Positions 1-13,121 are shown, counted from the stretch's first letter. The stretch: DNA of 64,000 nt from Eledone cirrhosa (GCA_964016885.1 OZ024743.1:253270001-253334000); one strand, 5' to 3'. Made by a program: numbers and translations. The notes: generated by a model not told the origin, from the letters alone.

Positions 1-841
1 GTCAGCAGATGCAGACGCACTCTTGATTTCCCTCCTGTGAATTCGAATTGTTTAGTAATATAATTAACTATGACATTATTAAGATGTTTATTTTGAACCA
101 GAAGGTTATTGTAAGAACCGGTTCAAATTGAAATATCATACTTTAAAATAAATAGATGTATAAGATAAAACTAGGAGTAGTTTCAATCACGTTCATATCA
201 GGAAAGGACATATTAAACAATATAGTCATATTTTTTACTTTATTATTTAATGTCTTAAGTTGACAGGGTGGTTACAACTGGAAAGACCGATCTTAATCCT
301 CCTCAATCAAAATTTACGAATTATAACAACAACAACAACAAAAAGTTTATTGGGATTAAATACAAATGCCTTATGTTTAAGAAGAGGTTTGAGAAATAGG
401 GATTCATAGTCACCGTGCATATCTAAATGGCAATATTAATATATGAAATGACAGATAGGGATTTGAAATCATGTTTTGAGCTTTAACATGTCTGTACTTT
501 ACTCTATTCTGTATCGAGGTGAGATAACAGGAACAGTAAATACATATCACACTTTTAGAATGAAAAGACAGGAATGTCAAAGGCTTTTAAGGATTTAACG
601 CTGAAATTTCCGTTCAAAGAGTTCAAAACTAAATTATATTTCAAAATCTAGTTTGACTTTGTGTTAGGAAGCAATATGCAGAAATGTAATAGAGGAAATA
701 CTTTGATGTTAGTTTGGCCTGGAAAAATAAGCCGAAGGAAGTAATAAAGATGGCAAGATATTTAATTGCAAATAACTATTTGAATTCAAATTAATTTTAT
801 TTCAAACTTTATCTCAAACCAAATTTAGATAAAATAAAAAA

Positions 842-888
<47 letters not shown>

Positions 889-1814
889 TTAATAATAATA
901 ATAATTCATCTTTGAAATGGTTAAGTAGTTCTTTTTAAAATGAAAGAGTAGAAGCTAAATTGTAAGCAGAGGCAAAGTAATTATTAAGGATTATGAAACA
1001 GTGACATATCACAGGAAAGATAATAACTTGAAATTTCGACAGGAAAAGAATGCATCATCTGAGAACATCAAAGAAGGAACAATATCATATAAAAAAAACC
1101 CAGTAAATTCATGAGGAAGACATGAATAACAACAAAAAACGAGGTATGCAGAACTTTAGTCCTGTTTGTCTTTAGATTCCTCACATGGAATGTTGGAATA
1201 ATTATTACTGCATTCATGTGTGTACATAAAATAATATTGTTAGGTTTTAAAATCCTTCCCCTGCCCAATACTATAAACGAACATCTCTAATACACTTTTC
1301 ATATAAATCCCCATTATATTCCACATGGTGAAAACGAAATTTAAAAGTCAATTTCTTTTTTATTCATTTCGTGGCACTATTATAAACGCTAACTGTTTTA
1401 AACCATAATATAGTGCTGTTTACCATCTTGAGTGAGTCATTAATTCAAATACTGTTGATCACATAGAGGAAATAAACAACTCTTAACCCTTTTGATGCTG
1501 AACTGCCACTGGTTCGATGGTACTAAGCTGTTTATTTTAAAATGATTATATTTATCTAAAACCCTTCCATCATGATTTTATGTAAGAAGATTTGTTAATT
1601 TTTTTTCTTTCAATGGAGATAACAAGACATTTATTACATTACCATGTATAGAATATCCAAAGATGATAAAAAGTACATTTGTAAGAAAAAACATGACATT
1701 GAGTGCTTAAATGGGAGGAAAAAGAAGGAAAGGGCTAGGATTGTTAAGCAACAAAAGAAAGAGGGGAAGGGGAGAGTGGCAGACTCTATGTCTAATTCAG
1801 GTGGTATTTTGGCT

Positions 1815-2105
1815 ATGCCCTGCAGACAAAATGGCAAAGACATTGCTATGGAGAAGGACTAGCGATGTCCACTGCAACAGCCACCTCACATGACAAGACT
1901 ACTTCCTAACATGGGATACTGACATTCCAGTTTTATGGAAGAAGTCAGCTGTATGTGGTCCGATGATTCCTGATGTCTTGACAGAAACTGGTGCAAAGAA
2001 GAAGCAGTCGGACGAACCCCTGTATTTGCTTGTCTGCATTGTGGGCCGCAATATTGGGATTGTGGCTGAAGTGACTAGGTTACAGGCAGAGAACATGTTC
2101 AAGCA
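1815..2105 (-). mobile_element. Decayed 3' fragment of a CRE-like non-LTR retrotransposon (restriction-like endonuclease C-terminus)
   Basis: Minus-strand translation TICLNMFSACNL...TSKYRGSSDCFFFAPVSVKTSGIIGPHTADF...RWLLQWTSLVLLHSNVFAIL matches the CRE-type RLE pattern (TC.DTFA...K..KY...F.P.AVET.G.WG...FL.QR.S.A..RGNA.SI); one internal stop. Confidence 0.6.
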
Positions 2106-2957
2106 TATTGTAAACAACTTTGTTATTAGAAACTTAGTTTTATCACTAAATCATTTGAAATTCTTGATTATTTTCGAAATGATTTGAAAACCATAGGCAG
2201 TGTCTTCCATTGGAAATGTGATATAAATAGGTTATATTTTTAATATTTATCTTAAAACTTAACATCATGATTTTATGTACCTTTCTTAAATTATGTTACT
2301 AACACAAGCTAAATAGTCAGTGTGTTAATGATATTTCTAAACCCGCCCAAATCCTCCATTATTTCAAAAAGTATTTGAAAATCAAAAGCAATGTATATCA
2401 TTAGATATATGGCAATGAATGCATGGCTAGATACAATAAACATCAGGATCGTACTGAAATCAGTTATATCTTGTAATAACCTCAAATTTGTCAATTTATG
2501 GTTCAATGCTCTAAGGAGATACCAATAATATTTTTCTTACATGGTCACAGATTCACAAGAGACATTATAAATTAAACTGCAGTACATGGAGAGATGACAA
2601 GCAAACATAGCTCCCAGAGGATTAGAAATGAAAGACTATATGCCTGGAATAAAAACTTTTTTTAAAATTTAGTCCAAGGTTTTAGAATTTCTATATTTCA
2701 ATCAATTTAAAGAAATATCTATTAATGGAAATATGGTTTTGAGCAGCACGGAGGGAGGTGGGAGCTCTTGGCTTTTCAATTTCCTGTTCAAAGTAATTAT
2801 TTTGAAAGTTGTTACACTTCAACTTTACATCGTTAATGTATTGGTTAATTACATGTATGTATGTCAGAAATGTATCAAATCCAACCCTACAAATATACAG
2901 GACCTGGTGGTTCTCAAAAGGAAATCAACATTAATGACATATTCATATTAGTATAAA

Positions 2958-2967
2958 TGCTTTACAT

Positions 2968-3050
<83 letters not shown>

Positions 3051-3090
3051 TATGTATATGTTTACGATGTGAGGGCACACACACACATAT

Positions 3091-3160
<70 letters not shown>

Positions 3161-3177
3161 TTATATATATATATATT

Positions 3178-3214
<37 letters not shown>

Positions 3215-3222
3215 ATATATAT
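2958..3222. repeat. (TA)n microsatellite complex
   Basis: Long TA dinucleotide runs with short interruptions. Confidence 0.95.
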
Positions 3223-3894
3223 TGTCCTTTATAAATAAATAAATATGGGAATGAATTAATGTTAATGGCTGAAAGCAATATTAATCAAACCCGAATTTAC
3301 TATTTAATTAGTAGTTATATAAAATAAAATTGCAATAATGAGTGAGTTTCATCTTACTTAATGAATGCAAGCAAATATATTACACAGATCATTTCCGTTT
3401 CTGTTGGTTTATGTAATTTCAGTAATTTCAGTAATTTCAATAACATTTTAATATGTTATTTATCTAAGAGAAGATTCAATCTAATCATTTTAGACTGTTC
3501 TTCCGCGTATATCATCTTTCAAGAGTTGATATACATTTCATTTCCACGGGGTGTGGAAAAATGTGGCAAAGTGTTTAAGTTATTGGTAATCATGATCATA
3601 AAGTTTGTATGTGTAATTCCCATATTGGGTGAGCTGTTATACATGTAAGCAAGCCATTCCATTTCAGTCTGCTGAAAATGAGTGTGGGGGATCATCAACT
3701 AGTGTTTAGGCCTTTGAGGGACCAGAGTTCCATCAAGGTAGGAGTATTTTACTTGCAATCATTCAACAATTCTTGAAACTAAGATAAGCTCCTGGCTTTT
3801 TCCAGCATGTGCATGCAGGGAAAAGCTTATATAAAACTATCACAATAATTACTGATAGAGCAGGAATATAAGTGAATATTGGCTCATATAGATA

Positions 3895-4065
3895 AAATTA
3901 GTTGGCAATTTTTACAGAGGCATTAGAACTTCAGATAAAATTCTTTGCTGTATTCATTCTGGCCCTTTAAGTTCTCTGAGTTTTACTCCTGCTGAAGTTA
4001 ACTTTACATTTCATCCTTTCGGGGTCAGCAAAAAAAAAATGATCAGTCCAGTACAGGGGTCAATT
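3895..4065 (+). mobile_element. tRNA-derived SINE family 1, decayed copy
   Basis: Contains ttctctgagttttactcctgctgaagttaactttacatttcatcctttcggggtc, a diverged version of the family core seen at 11132-11325. Confidence 0.65.
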
Positions 4066-4665
4066 CAGCCTCTATATTTCTTTCTCTCTTCCTATCTCTC
4101 ACTCTCTCTCTTTCTCCTTCTCTGGAAGACATTGGTTGTGTTCAGACTGGAGATGGAATGGGCTCTGCAAGATTTAAAATGCCCAGACATGCTGCATGAC
4201 ATTACAGTACCTTTACAGATCCATACATACACAGACGATATGCAAAAGAGGATGATCAATTAGTTAGATACTGAGAAGTTGAGTATACCCCCCCCCCCAC
4301 ACACACACACATATGACCACCAACATCACCCCAGCTATTTTCTACTAGATAACTAAATGTTATACTGGTTGTTCATTTCCAGCTCCACCATGTGTCAGTA
4401 ACCAAAAGCATACTTTGTTTATGATTTGGACTTATGATAAATGGTAAAAGTAAGCCCAACTCAAGTATTTTCATAATCAGTAGTAAACTCATTATGTAAT
4501 GTATATGCAATGAACATGATGTACTTACAAAGAACAGAAATATTAAGATGAAACGTTGATACTTAAAAAAAAAAATCATAGATCCAACTAGCTCACCTGG
4601 TGACTTCTTTATTCTGACGTGTACACGAGGCACTTTTTCTCACACTTTTGGTGAGGAAAAATGTT

Positions 4666-4909
4666 TTAACCTTTTCGTCACTGCTATCGGAATACACTTT
4701 ATTTCAATTAATTGATAAAAAAAATTCTGAGGGATCTACTAAGATCGTCACTTATAACATTACTAAGACAGCAGCTTAACATAATATTTTTATATAAAAT
4801 TATGTTGGAAGATTGCAATTTAATGAAAACCCTTTAAAATGAGTGTCTGTATTTTTTATTTTTGTTTTGCGTGGAACCATATTGGCTGACTTAGTTTTAA
4901 AACGGTTAA
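4666..4909. mobile_element. Possible piggyBac-type MITE remnant
   Basis: TTAA at both ends with imperfect short termini TTAA-CCTTTT ... AAACGG-TTAA. Confidence 0.35.
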
Positions 4910-5039
4910 ACTAGCATTCAAGTGTTTTCAGAGTCATTTTTTCTTATATATTTATAGATATATTTCCACTGTTTTAAATAAATTACCCTCTTTTTAAGGT
5001 ACTTAAAATTAATTATTGTATTCCTCTATGATTGTTTTA

Positions 5040-5250
5040 AAGTGGTCGATTGATAAAGTTGTTAGAGTGTTGAACAAATCCTATGCAGTGTTTGTTCTGG
5101 CTCTTTACATTCTGAGTTCAAATCCCACAGAAGTCAACTTTATCTTGTCTTTCATCCTTCCCGGTTCCATAAAATAAAGTACCAGTTACGTCCTGGGTTT
5201 ACCTAATCAACTTTGCCTGTTGCTAAAATTTGCAGGCTTTGTGTATCAAT
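5040..5250 (+). mobile_element. tRNA-derived SINE family 1, decayed copy
   Basis: B-box-like gagttcaaatcc followed by gaagtcaacttt...tttcatccttcccgg...aaaataaagtaccag. Confidence 0.75.
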
Positions 5251-6375
5251 AAAAAAACATTATCTGTATCATTTTAAGAAATATCACATTGTGTATTGAG
5301 AAAAGGTTAACATGTTAATACAGCAAAATATGATCTTAGTATATAAAATGTTGGATGCTTATTGATTGGTTTATAGGTAGGAATAAATATTCAATATAAC
5401 AGGCTGTCAAATATAAAACTATCGAAAGAATTACCATCTTGTGTAGTAAAGATCTTTCGTAGATATCTCATATAGAGGGCATGTCTCCTTATTTTGATAG
5501 CTCTGTCTGACACACACACATGTATATGCATGGTCTCTTACAAATGCATATGTATTATTTGACACCACACACTCATACACACATTTATGTATTGGGTATC
5601 AGAAAAGTGGGGAGTATGACACCAACACACACATATGTATGTTGTCTTACACACACACACACAAACACAAACACACATACACACACACTTTGTGTCTAAC
5701 ACACACATGCACAACATTTCTAACATTAATGAAAAGGTTTAAGATAAATATGAACACTTTAAATTGAACAGCTTACAATCATAGCAGCATGGTGTGGTTT
5801 CCAGTAGTGTGCTATTTATGTGAAAATACCTAGGGTTAAATGACATGAAATATTTGTTCTGAGTCCCTGCAATCTAAGTTCAAATTTTACAACCATTCTA
5901 TTCCTGAGTTTTCTCAATATCCAGAGAATCTCACATAATATTTCCTGCAAAACAGAGACACACATCAGCACTTTTATATTATAAATATTGAATATAAACC
6001 TATATTCAAAATATTTACAGCTAATAAATATGTATTTAGTCTTACTGTGATTATTTCAAACTGTGATCATAGGGTCTTGATTATACAAAGGATTTGGGAT
6101 AATATGATAAAGTCCCACTCTATTTACTGTGTTCTTTGTTTTTCAAAGTATTATAATAATAACCCATGAGATTTGGGAACCAATAGACCACATAAAATGA
6201 TGGCCCACTGTATACAGTGAGCTCTCAGTATATCGAAGTATTTCAGTTGATTATATTACATATGAGAATTTCCACTGTGTATCAACCAAATCTTTGATTC
6301 GTAGTCTCAAATTCCAATGTAGTTTGATGGTCTTAGTTCTCTAGATACATATCACTCAATCTCATTACTTGTTGG

Positions 6376-6583
6376 TTAGTTATAATACTGACATGACATC
6401 ACGGTATCTATGGTGACCTTAACACATAAAGTAACAATGCTTCGTATGTCTTTTAGCACACCATTCATCTCACTACTTAGTCCACCGTAGACAGCCAGGT
6501 CATTGAGGTTACTAGCCAAGGTCAGACAATGTCCTGCAAGTTTTCCTGTATGTTGCCAAGACACGTCAATGTTTTCTTCATGT
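6376..6583 (-). CDS. Candidate terminal coding exon of an unidentified host gene
   Basis: Minus strand shows a strong acceptor (ttttttcttggcag|, AG at 6585-6584) followed by 68 non-repetitive codons HEENIDVSWQHTGKLAGHCLTLASNLNDLAVYGGLSSEMNGVLKDIRSIVTLCVKVTIDTVMSCQYYN and TAA. No homolog recognised. Confidence 0.45.
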
Positions 6584-6904
6584 CTGCCAAGAAAAAAAAG
6601 ACGTTAATAACGTTTATTGCAAGCAATTCATAATAATAGTTTTCCATCGCTTGTATTTTATAGTTGTTGCAGAAACATGACAAAAGCGGGGAGAGCGCTG
6701 GTGTACCAGGAATAGAACTTGGAGGGGGTCAAAGATGCATCTGAAACAAAATGTTATAAAATATGCACTGGAGATTTCCAAGAAAAGTTCTCTAAAATTC
6801 TGTACCAAACAAAAAAAAGGAAGTAACAGCGAAAAAATATATACGTGAATCTGGGATCTTAAGATAGTTGTATTTCTTTGCATAATGATTCATGCACACA
6901 AACG

Positions 6905-6929
6905 TAGATATATATATGTATATAAATAC

Positions 6930-7009
<80 letters not shown>

Positions 7010-7298
7010 TACATATATATATATATATATAATATATATACATATATATACATGTATATACATATATATACATATGTTTATATATATAATATATATACAT
7101 ATATATACATGTATATACATATATATACATTTGTTTATATATATTTAATCATATGTATATATATGTATATATATTTATATATACATATATATACATATAT
7201 ATATACATATATATACATATATATATACATATATATATAAATACATGCATATATATATACATATATATATATATATACATACATATATACATATATAT

Positions 7299-7339
<41 letters not shown>

Positions 7340-7370
7340 TATACATATATACATATATATACATATACAC

Positions 7371-7463
<93 letters not shown>

Positions 7464-7532
7464 CATACATATATATACATATATATATATATATACATAC
7501 ATACATATATACATTATATATATATATATATA
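6905..7532. repeat. (TA)n/(TACA)n microsatellite complex
   Basis: Source of the many IYIY ORFs in the track. Confidence 0.95.
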
Positions 7533-7534
7533 AA

Positions 7535-7810
7535 AAAAAAGAGATGAAATCGAAAATGCAACTAGAGTCTTATTTTTTTTTTTTAAATATATATATTTAT
7601 TTGGTTCCTTTACCGGTTTCGCAGTTCTTCTGCTTTTCAAAAGGTGAGTTGAGATGGAGGGTCTGTTGTTTAAAAACCAACTAAATATACATATTTTTTT
7701 TTTTAAATAAGACTCCAGTTGCATTTTCGATTTCATCTCTTTTTCTTTATACTTTCACTCGTGTAGGACACCTCGGTTATTTTTCATTTTGTAAAAAAAA
7801 CCTCACTTTA
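7535..7810. mobile_element. Fold-back non-autonomous PLE-derived element (family U); related copy at 59535-59735
   Basis: Arms ~7535-7606 and ~7676-7746 are reverse complements; both halves match 59535-59735; flanked by TA runs; contains a hammerhead. Confidence 0.7.
7607..7644 (-). ncRNA. Minimal type I hammerhead ribozyme, U3-A8 core variant
   Basis: Minus strand: cctt-TTGAAAA-gcag aagaa ctgc-GAAA-ccgg-TA-aagg. Stem I cctt/aagg, stem II gcag/ctgc, palindromic stem III ACCGGT. Confidence 0.7.
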
Positions 7811-7865
7811 TATATATAATATTAATTCAAAATATTAACAAAATAGATATTCTTGTGATCAATTA

Positions 7866-7932
7866 TATTTTATTATACATATTTCAGAGATACTGAGTTA
7901 AATTCCACAGTACGTCCTCATCAGATAAAATA
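7866..7932 (-). ncRNA. Minimal type I hammerhead ribozyme
   Basis: Minus strand: tattttat-CTGATGA-ggacgtactg...cagtatctct-GAAA-tatgta-TA-ataaaata. 8-bp stem I, ~10-bp stem II, self-complementary stem III ATATGTAT (with G-U). Confidence 0.8.
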
Positions 7933-7934
7933 AA

Positions 7935-9968
7935 ATTATACATGACATACCCTGACATAGTAGATGGTTAAGATGGTTAAGATTCAGTCATGGTAGTGAT
8001 TAATTTATGACAAAAACTCAATATGTATACCATAATATTGACAACTTGAGATAACATAATACAAACAATAGAGAGGGTGCGTGTAATAGATTTTAAGAAA
8101 TAAAGGGCATCAATATAACTGTTATAACATTTTTTTAATTTTTAAAAACTACTGGAGAAAGAGGAGGGAAAGGAAAGCATAGAGGAAGAAACAGCTGATG
8201 TGATAATATATTTAGTAGGTGGCTTGAAAAAACAGATGAAAGATGATTAAAGAGAGAGAGAGACAAAGGGGAGTACTTCATGTTCAAATTTATATACATA
8301 GATTTCCATATATGCAACACATGTCCAAAATAATATAGTTGGTGGTTAATTTTTAAAATATTTAACTTAAGTTATTTCAGGGTAATGAATAATATTTTAG
8401 GTTTTAAAAGTTAATAGGTATTTGTATTAATATTACCATATAATTATGTTTAATTTCTAAAATTCAAATTTTATGAAAACAAATTTAATGGATTTACGAA
8501 ACACGGGAAAGATAATATATATAATGTTTTTCTATCTTCACGAAGGTAATCTTTACCAAAATTATTTATAATATTGACAACAGTTTCTATAATATAATTT
8601 ATGAAATAATTATAGTTATAATTATTAAAGAATTTATTGTTAAATAGTTTGAGTACCAAAAGTATCAACCGGCCTTATAACTAAACTTAAAGAGGTTCGA
8701 ATTTTTAATTATATATATGTATTGATAAAAAAATACAAAGATTATAGTTTATTATTTGTTTATAATTGAGGTTATACCTTTCAAATATATATAATATAAT
8801 ATAATAATGCAATAATGAAATATAGTAAATAAGTTACTGAAAATATTGTTCAAAAATATATATAGTTAAAATGTTGTTAAAGATATTGCTAAAGAGTTAA
8901 TGTTTTATATCAATTATTTTCATTTAGTTGATATATACTATAAAGATATGTCAAAACTATATGAGTCCTAATGATAGGGGCTATATACAAAATAAATATA
9001 CAAATAAAAGAAAATGAATTGTTTGCGAAACTTAAAGATGCCCAATATTAAAAATATATTATAAATGCAATAGGGTTTTAATATAGTATAGAAAAGATAT
9101 ATCTAAAATATTTTAGCGAATGTAATATAAAGAGGAGCCAAATATTAAAAAGCCGAAGGTAATCTAAATTTAATTAAAATAAAATAAATTAAGTTAAATT
9201 AAATTATATTATATTAAGTAAATGATTATATAAGTTCGACCTTCCAGGAAATATCAAACACTTATAACAACATAAAGTCATTTGAGTGTCTAAATTATTT
9301 ATAAATGTAACAATGATTATGTTATTACACTAGATAAAGATATTTGTACAACTATATATAGATATTATTAGGGGTATTAATGAAACGGTATACATTTAAT
9401 AAAAAATAATAATTATAATCATTATTAGTAATGCTATAATTGTAGTTATACCTCCAGTTCAGTGGAGGGATAGACCAATATTTGTCGGCTATTATGGTTT
9501 GGTATATTTATACCTAGATATACATAAAAAATAAATGCAAATCTAACTTTCTGAGTCCCCAAAAACATACTCAAAATTAGTAAAATATATAAAATATGCA
9601 AACGCATGAATGATCCACAGCTCAATTATAATCAGTAAATTTACAAGTTAAATATCCAAACTATGTATTTAAAACAGAGACAGATAAATAAAGATCTGAA
9701 TCAAAATTATAAATATCCAAAAAATCATAAGGTATGTATATTTATCAAGTAAACAAGTTATCAAACGAGTGTCCTTCATTCTAACATTAATTCTATCATA
9801 AATGATTAGAAGATAAAGCATTAGTAAAGTTTTATCAACCGTTATGAATGTTTATGCCCAACAGTTGATAACTTAATAACTCTGGAAAACCTTTTTCTGT
9901 TGAGTGCTTCCAATCTTTTGTAAAACACATTCGTTGATGTGTTCATTGAACATTGTTTAACTTTTAAA
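7935..9968 (-). mobile_element. Probable heavily decayed Penelope-like element body
   Basis: 2 kb AT-rich, microsatellite-free block between TA runs, hammerhead at its left end and GAGTGCTT motif at 9902-9909. Minus-strand traces KFRL (~9165) and SFDISL (~8950) resemble PLE RT motifs, but frames are broken. Confidence 0.35.
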
Positions 9969-10044
9969 TATATATATATATATATATATGTTTATTCATA
10001 CACACACGTATATATATACATAAATAGATACGTACATACATACA

Positions 10045-10448
10045 TGGTGGCTGCCAACTCGTTATCGAGTACGGCCACTACTTTATATCCATGTAGGAGG
10101 AACCCTACTGATGCGCTGAACGAGTGTGACTTTTTAGTCCAGCCAGCGACTTGAAAACTCTGGTACAAACACTACACTTGTGAAAATTACTGACACATAG
10201 TGCTGGGCCCATTGTACCCTGTGCAGAGAGATCTCCAGATATAAAACAATGCCTGTGCCGTGAAGCTTTAATAGTGAGCAAAGGCACTGCACAAAGCCAG
10301 TCCCACTCTCTTAACCAAGATGATATTTACCAAAAAGAAGAACAAGTCAACATCATTGGATACCATCAGGGTTGCAGGTGTTATATCATAGTTTTCCTTC
10401 TATTAGAATTCTGCCTTGACAAAGGCTAAGGGGTCATCGCTCCCGGAT
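10045..10448 (-). mobile_element. Internally deleted RTE-clade mini-element
   Basis: C-terminal C2H2 finger CSVCTRVFKSLAGLKSHTRSAH; RTE-like 5' end (ccccttagcctttgtcaaggcag...agaaggaaaact); 3' hairpin ggccgtactcgataacgagttggc; (TACA)n on both sides. Confidence 0.65.
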
Positions 10449-10467
10449 ACATACATACATACATATG

Positions 10468-10553
<86 letters not shown>

Positions 10554-10680
10554 AAAGTTTTATTTAAAATTGTTGGGTTACAACGAATACATATTTTATA
10601 ACTGATATAAAGCACTCAACAAGTTTTGGAGTAGATATACGATATTAAACAAATGGAAACTATATTTATAAAACCATATT

Positions 10681-10746
10681 TATTTCATTATACATATTTC
10701 AGGCATACCATATTAGAAATATGGCATGCCTTCTTCAGACAAAATA
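10681..10746 (-). ncRNA. Minimal type I hammerhead ribozyme (family A, left arm)
   Basis: tattttgt-CTGAAGA-aggcatgccata tttctaa tatggtatgcct-GAAA-tatgta-TA-atgaaata; 12-bp stem II. Confidence 0.85.
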
Positions 10747-11131
10747 CAATATATAAGCAGTTTTATAAATAAATTTGACGTACCATGAATATTGTTCAAC
10801 TTCCATTTAAAAAAGTTGGTTTGGTATGTCTCATTCATGAATATTGATATTTACATTATAATACCCAATTCATATGAATTGATAATTCAAACTGATAGGA
10901 CATAACGTAAAGTTATAAATCTGTCATCCTTCTCTCTTGATATAACTCTTTCTTCTCCACCCTCTATAAAGAAAATTGAAGTATCGCTGTTTTCTCTTTA
11001 TTTATTTTTATTTCTCTCCCTCTCCTTAACACTATAACTAAATAAATGAATAAATAAATAATTACAGTACTCCCTCCCTCCTTATTCTCTCACTTTGTAT
11101 GATGAATTATTATTATTATTATTGTTATTAT

Positions 11132-11325
11132 AGGGTGGTGGATTGGCAGTATCGGTAGAGGGTTGGACGCCATGCTTTCCAGCATAGTTACGTCCCTTTA
11201 CGATCTGAGTTCAAATCCCGCCGAGGTTGACTTTGCCTTTCATCCTTACAGGGTCGATAAAATAAAGTACCACTAATGCACTGGGTGATTGCTGGCCTTG
11301 TGCCTAAAGTAGAAACAATTATTAT
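11132..11325 (+). mobile_element. tRNA-derived SINE family 1 (octopus-type), near full length
   Basis: A-box-like tggcagtatcggtag, B-box gagttcaaatccc, central gaggttgactttgcctttcatccttacagggtcgataaaataaagtacc, tail ggccttgtgcctaaagtagaaacaa(tta)n; many copies in the window. Confidence 0.9.
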
Positions 11326-11579
11326 TATTGTTATTCATCTGTTGCCTCAGCTGCCTCTCATTTTTCACCCCCTCACTATTTCTCTCTCCCATCTCTCTCT
11401 CTATCTCTCTCTGTCTTTCTTTACATACATTTATTCCTTCTCTCCGTCTTTCTTTTTTAACTGTGCTTAACACTAAATATTTACAAACATTTCACTACCA
11501 AACCAATTTTTTTAAATGGAAGTTGAACAATATTCATGGTACGTCAAATTTATTTATTTATAAAACTGCTTATATATTG

Positions 11580-11645
11580 TATTTTGTCTGAAGAAGGCAT
11601 GCCATATTTCTAATATGGTATCCCTGAAATATGTATAATGAAATA
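11580..11645 (+). ncRNA. Minimal type I hammerhead ribozyme (family A, right arm)
   Basis: tattttgt-CTGAAGA(11588-94)-aggcatgccata...tatggtatccct-GAAA(11626-29)-tatgta-TA-atgaaata. Confidence 0.85.
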
Positions 11646-11685
11646 AATATGGTTTTATAAATATACTTTCCATTTGTTTAATATC

Positions 11686-12026
<341 letters not shown>

Positions 12027-12149
12027 TAGGAGGTGAGTTTTATTGTAGTACAATAAAGCAATGCAGTTATCGGATAAGAAGCACTCTACAGTTTGTAGGA
12101 CTGGAGTATACATAATATAAAATCAAAAGATGGTTAAAGGAGTTCCATG

Positions 12150-12220
12150 TATTTCATTATGCGCATTTCAAAAACAAACATCATCATGCAATAACATTTG
12201 TGTTTTCATCAGATAAAACA
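12150..12220 (-). ncRNA. Minimal type I hammerhead ribozyme (family B, left arm)
   Basis: tgttttat-CTGATGA-aaacacaaatgttattgcatgatgatgtttgttttt-GAAA-tgcgca-TA-atgaaata. Confidence 0.85.
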
Positions 12221-12345
12221 GGAGAACATGATATGAAGGCTAAAAAACACTTGTGGATAGTGCAGTTGATTTAAAACTGCATATATATGTTGATTTAAAA
12301 CTGCACTATCCACAAGTGTTTTTTAGCCTTCATATCATGTTCTCC

Positions 12346-12416
12346 TGTTTTATCTGATGAAAACACAAATATTATTGCATGATGATGTTTGTTTTTGAAA
12401 TGCGCATAATAAAATA
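12346..12416 (+). ncRNA. Minimal type I hammerhead ribozyme (family B, right arm)
   Basis: tgttttat-CTGATGA(12354-60)-long stem II-GAAA(12397-400)-tgcgca-TA-ataaaata; stem III is the perfect palindrome ATGCGCAT. Confidence 0.85.
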
Positions 12417-12457
12417 CACGGAACTCCTTTAACCATCTTTTGATCTTATATTATGTA

Positions 12458-12459
12458 TT

Positions 12460-12494
<35 letters not shown>

Positions 12495-12523
12495 ATATAT
12501 ATTTATTGATATACATATATATA

Positions 12524-12554
<31 letters not shown>

Positions 12555-12559
12555 TTATT

Positions 12560-12592
<33 letters not shown>

Positions 12593-12647
12593 ATATTTAT
12601 TTATATATATATTTATTTATATATATATATATATTTATTTATATATA

Positions 12648-12700
<53 letters not shown>
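12458..12700. repeat. (TA)n/(TTTA) microsatellite
   Basis: Direct observation. Confidence 0.95.
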
Positions 12701-12701
<1 letters not shown>

Positions 12702-13121
12702 TAATTTAATATATTTACTAACATATGCGCACAGATGTACGCTAATGCCAGCAAATACACAGGTTATGTCATAGTACCTAGGTGGTTCAATGCAGGAGGA
12801 TGCAGAACAATAATATAAAAGACGTAAAATAAGAAAATTTAAACAATTTTTTTCAAAATTAACTTACTTACTAAAATTTTCACTCCAATTAATTGGTTTC
12901 TGCATTGGGGTAAAGACATTTACGTAATGAACTGTTGAGAATGTGATTGCGTCATCAGAGAGGTCTATTCTTAGCTAAGTCTCCAGGCAATGCGCGGACA
13001 CTGGGGACTCATGTAAAAATAATAATAATTCGGTAAATGGAACAGCTATCGGGGACTGGATTCCAAGCACTGAAAATCTCGCTGTCACTGGTCAAATGGC
13101 CGATTCTAAAGAATCAATCAC

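Larger units (their letters stand above)
12027..12457. mobile_element. Fold-back PLE-derived element (family B), 159-bp palindromic arms
   Basis: Arms 12109-12267 and 12299-12457 are reverse complements with few mismatches; one-sided tail 12027-12108 containing AAGCACTC; TA arrays on both flanks. Confidence 0.8.

Noticed and set aside
6792-7736. Numerous IYIY/YIYI and CVCV ORFs here and throughout the track
   Set aside because: Translations of (TA)n and (TG)n microsatellites; no coding evidence.
8290-9600. Possible NUMT / organellar rRNA (gaaacttaaaga, gccgaaggtaatc)
   Set aside because: Only isolated short matches; no colinear rRNA motifs or mitochondrial protein frames.
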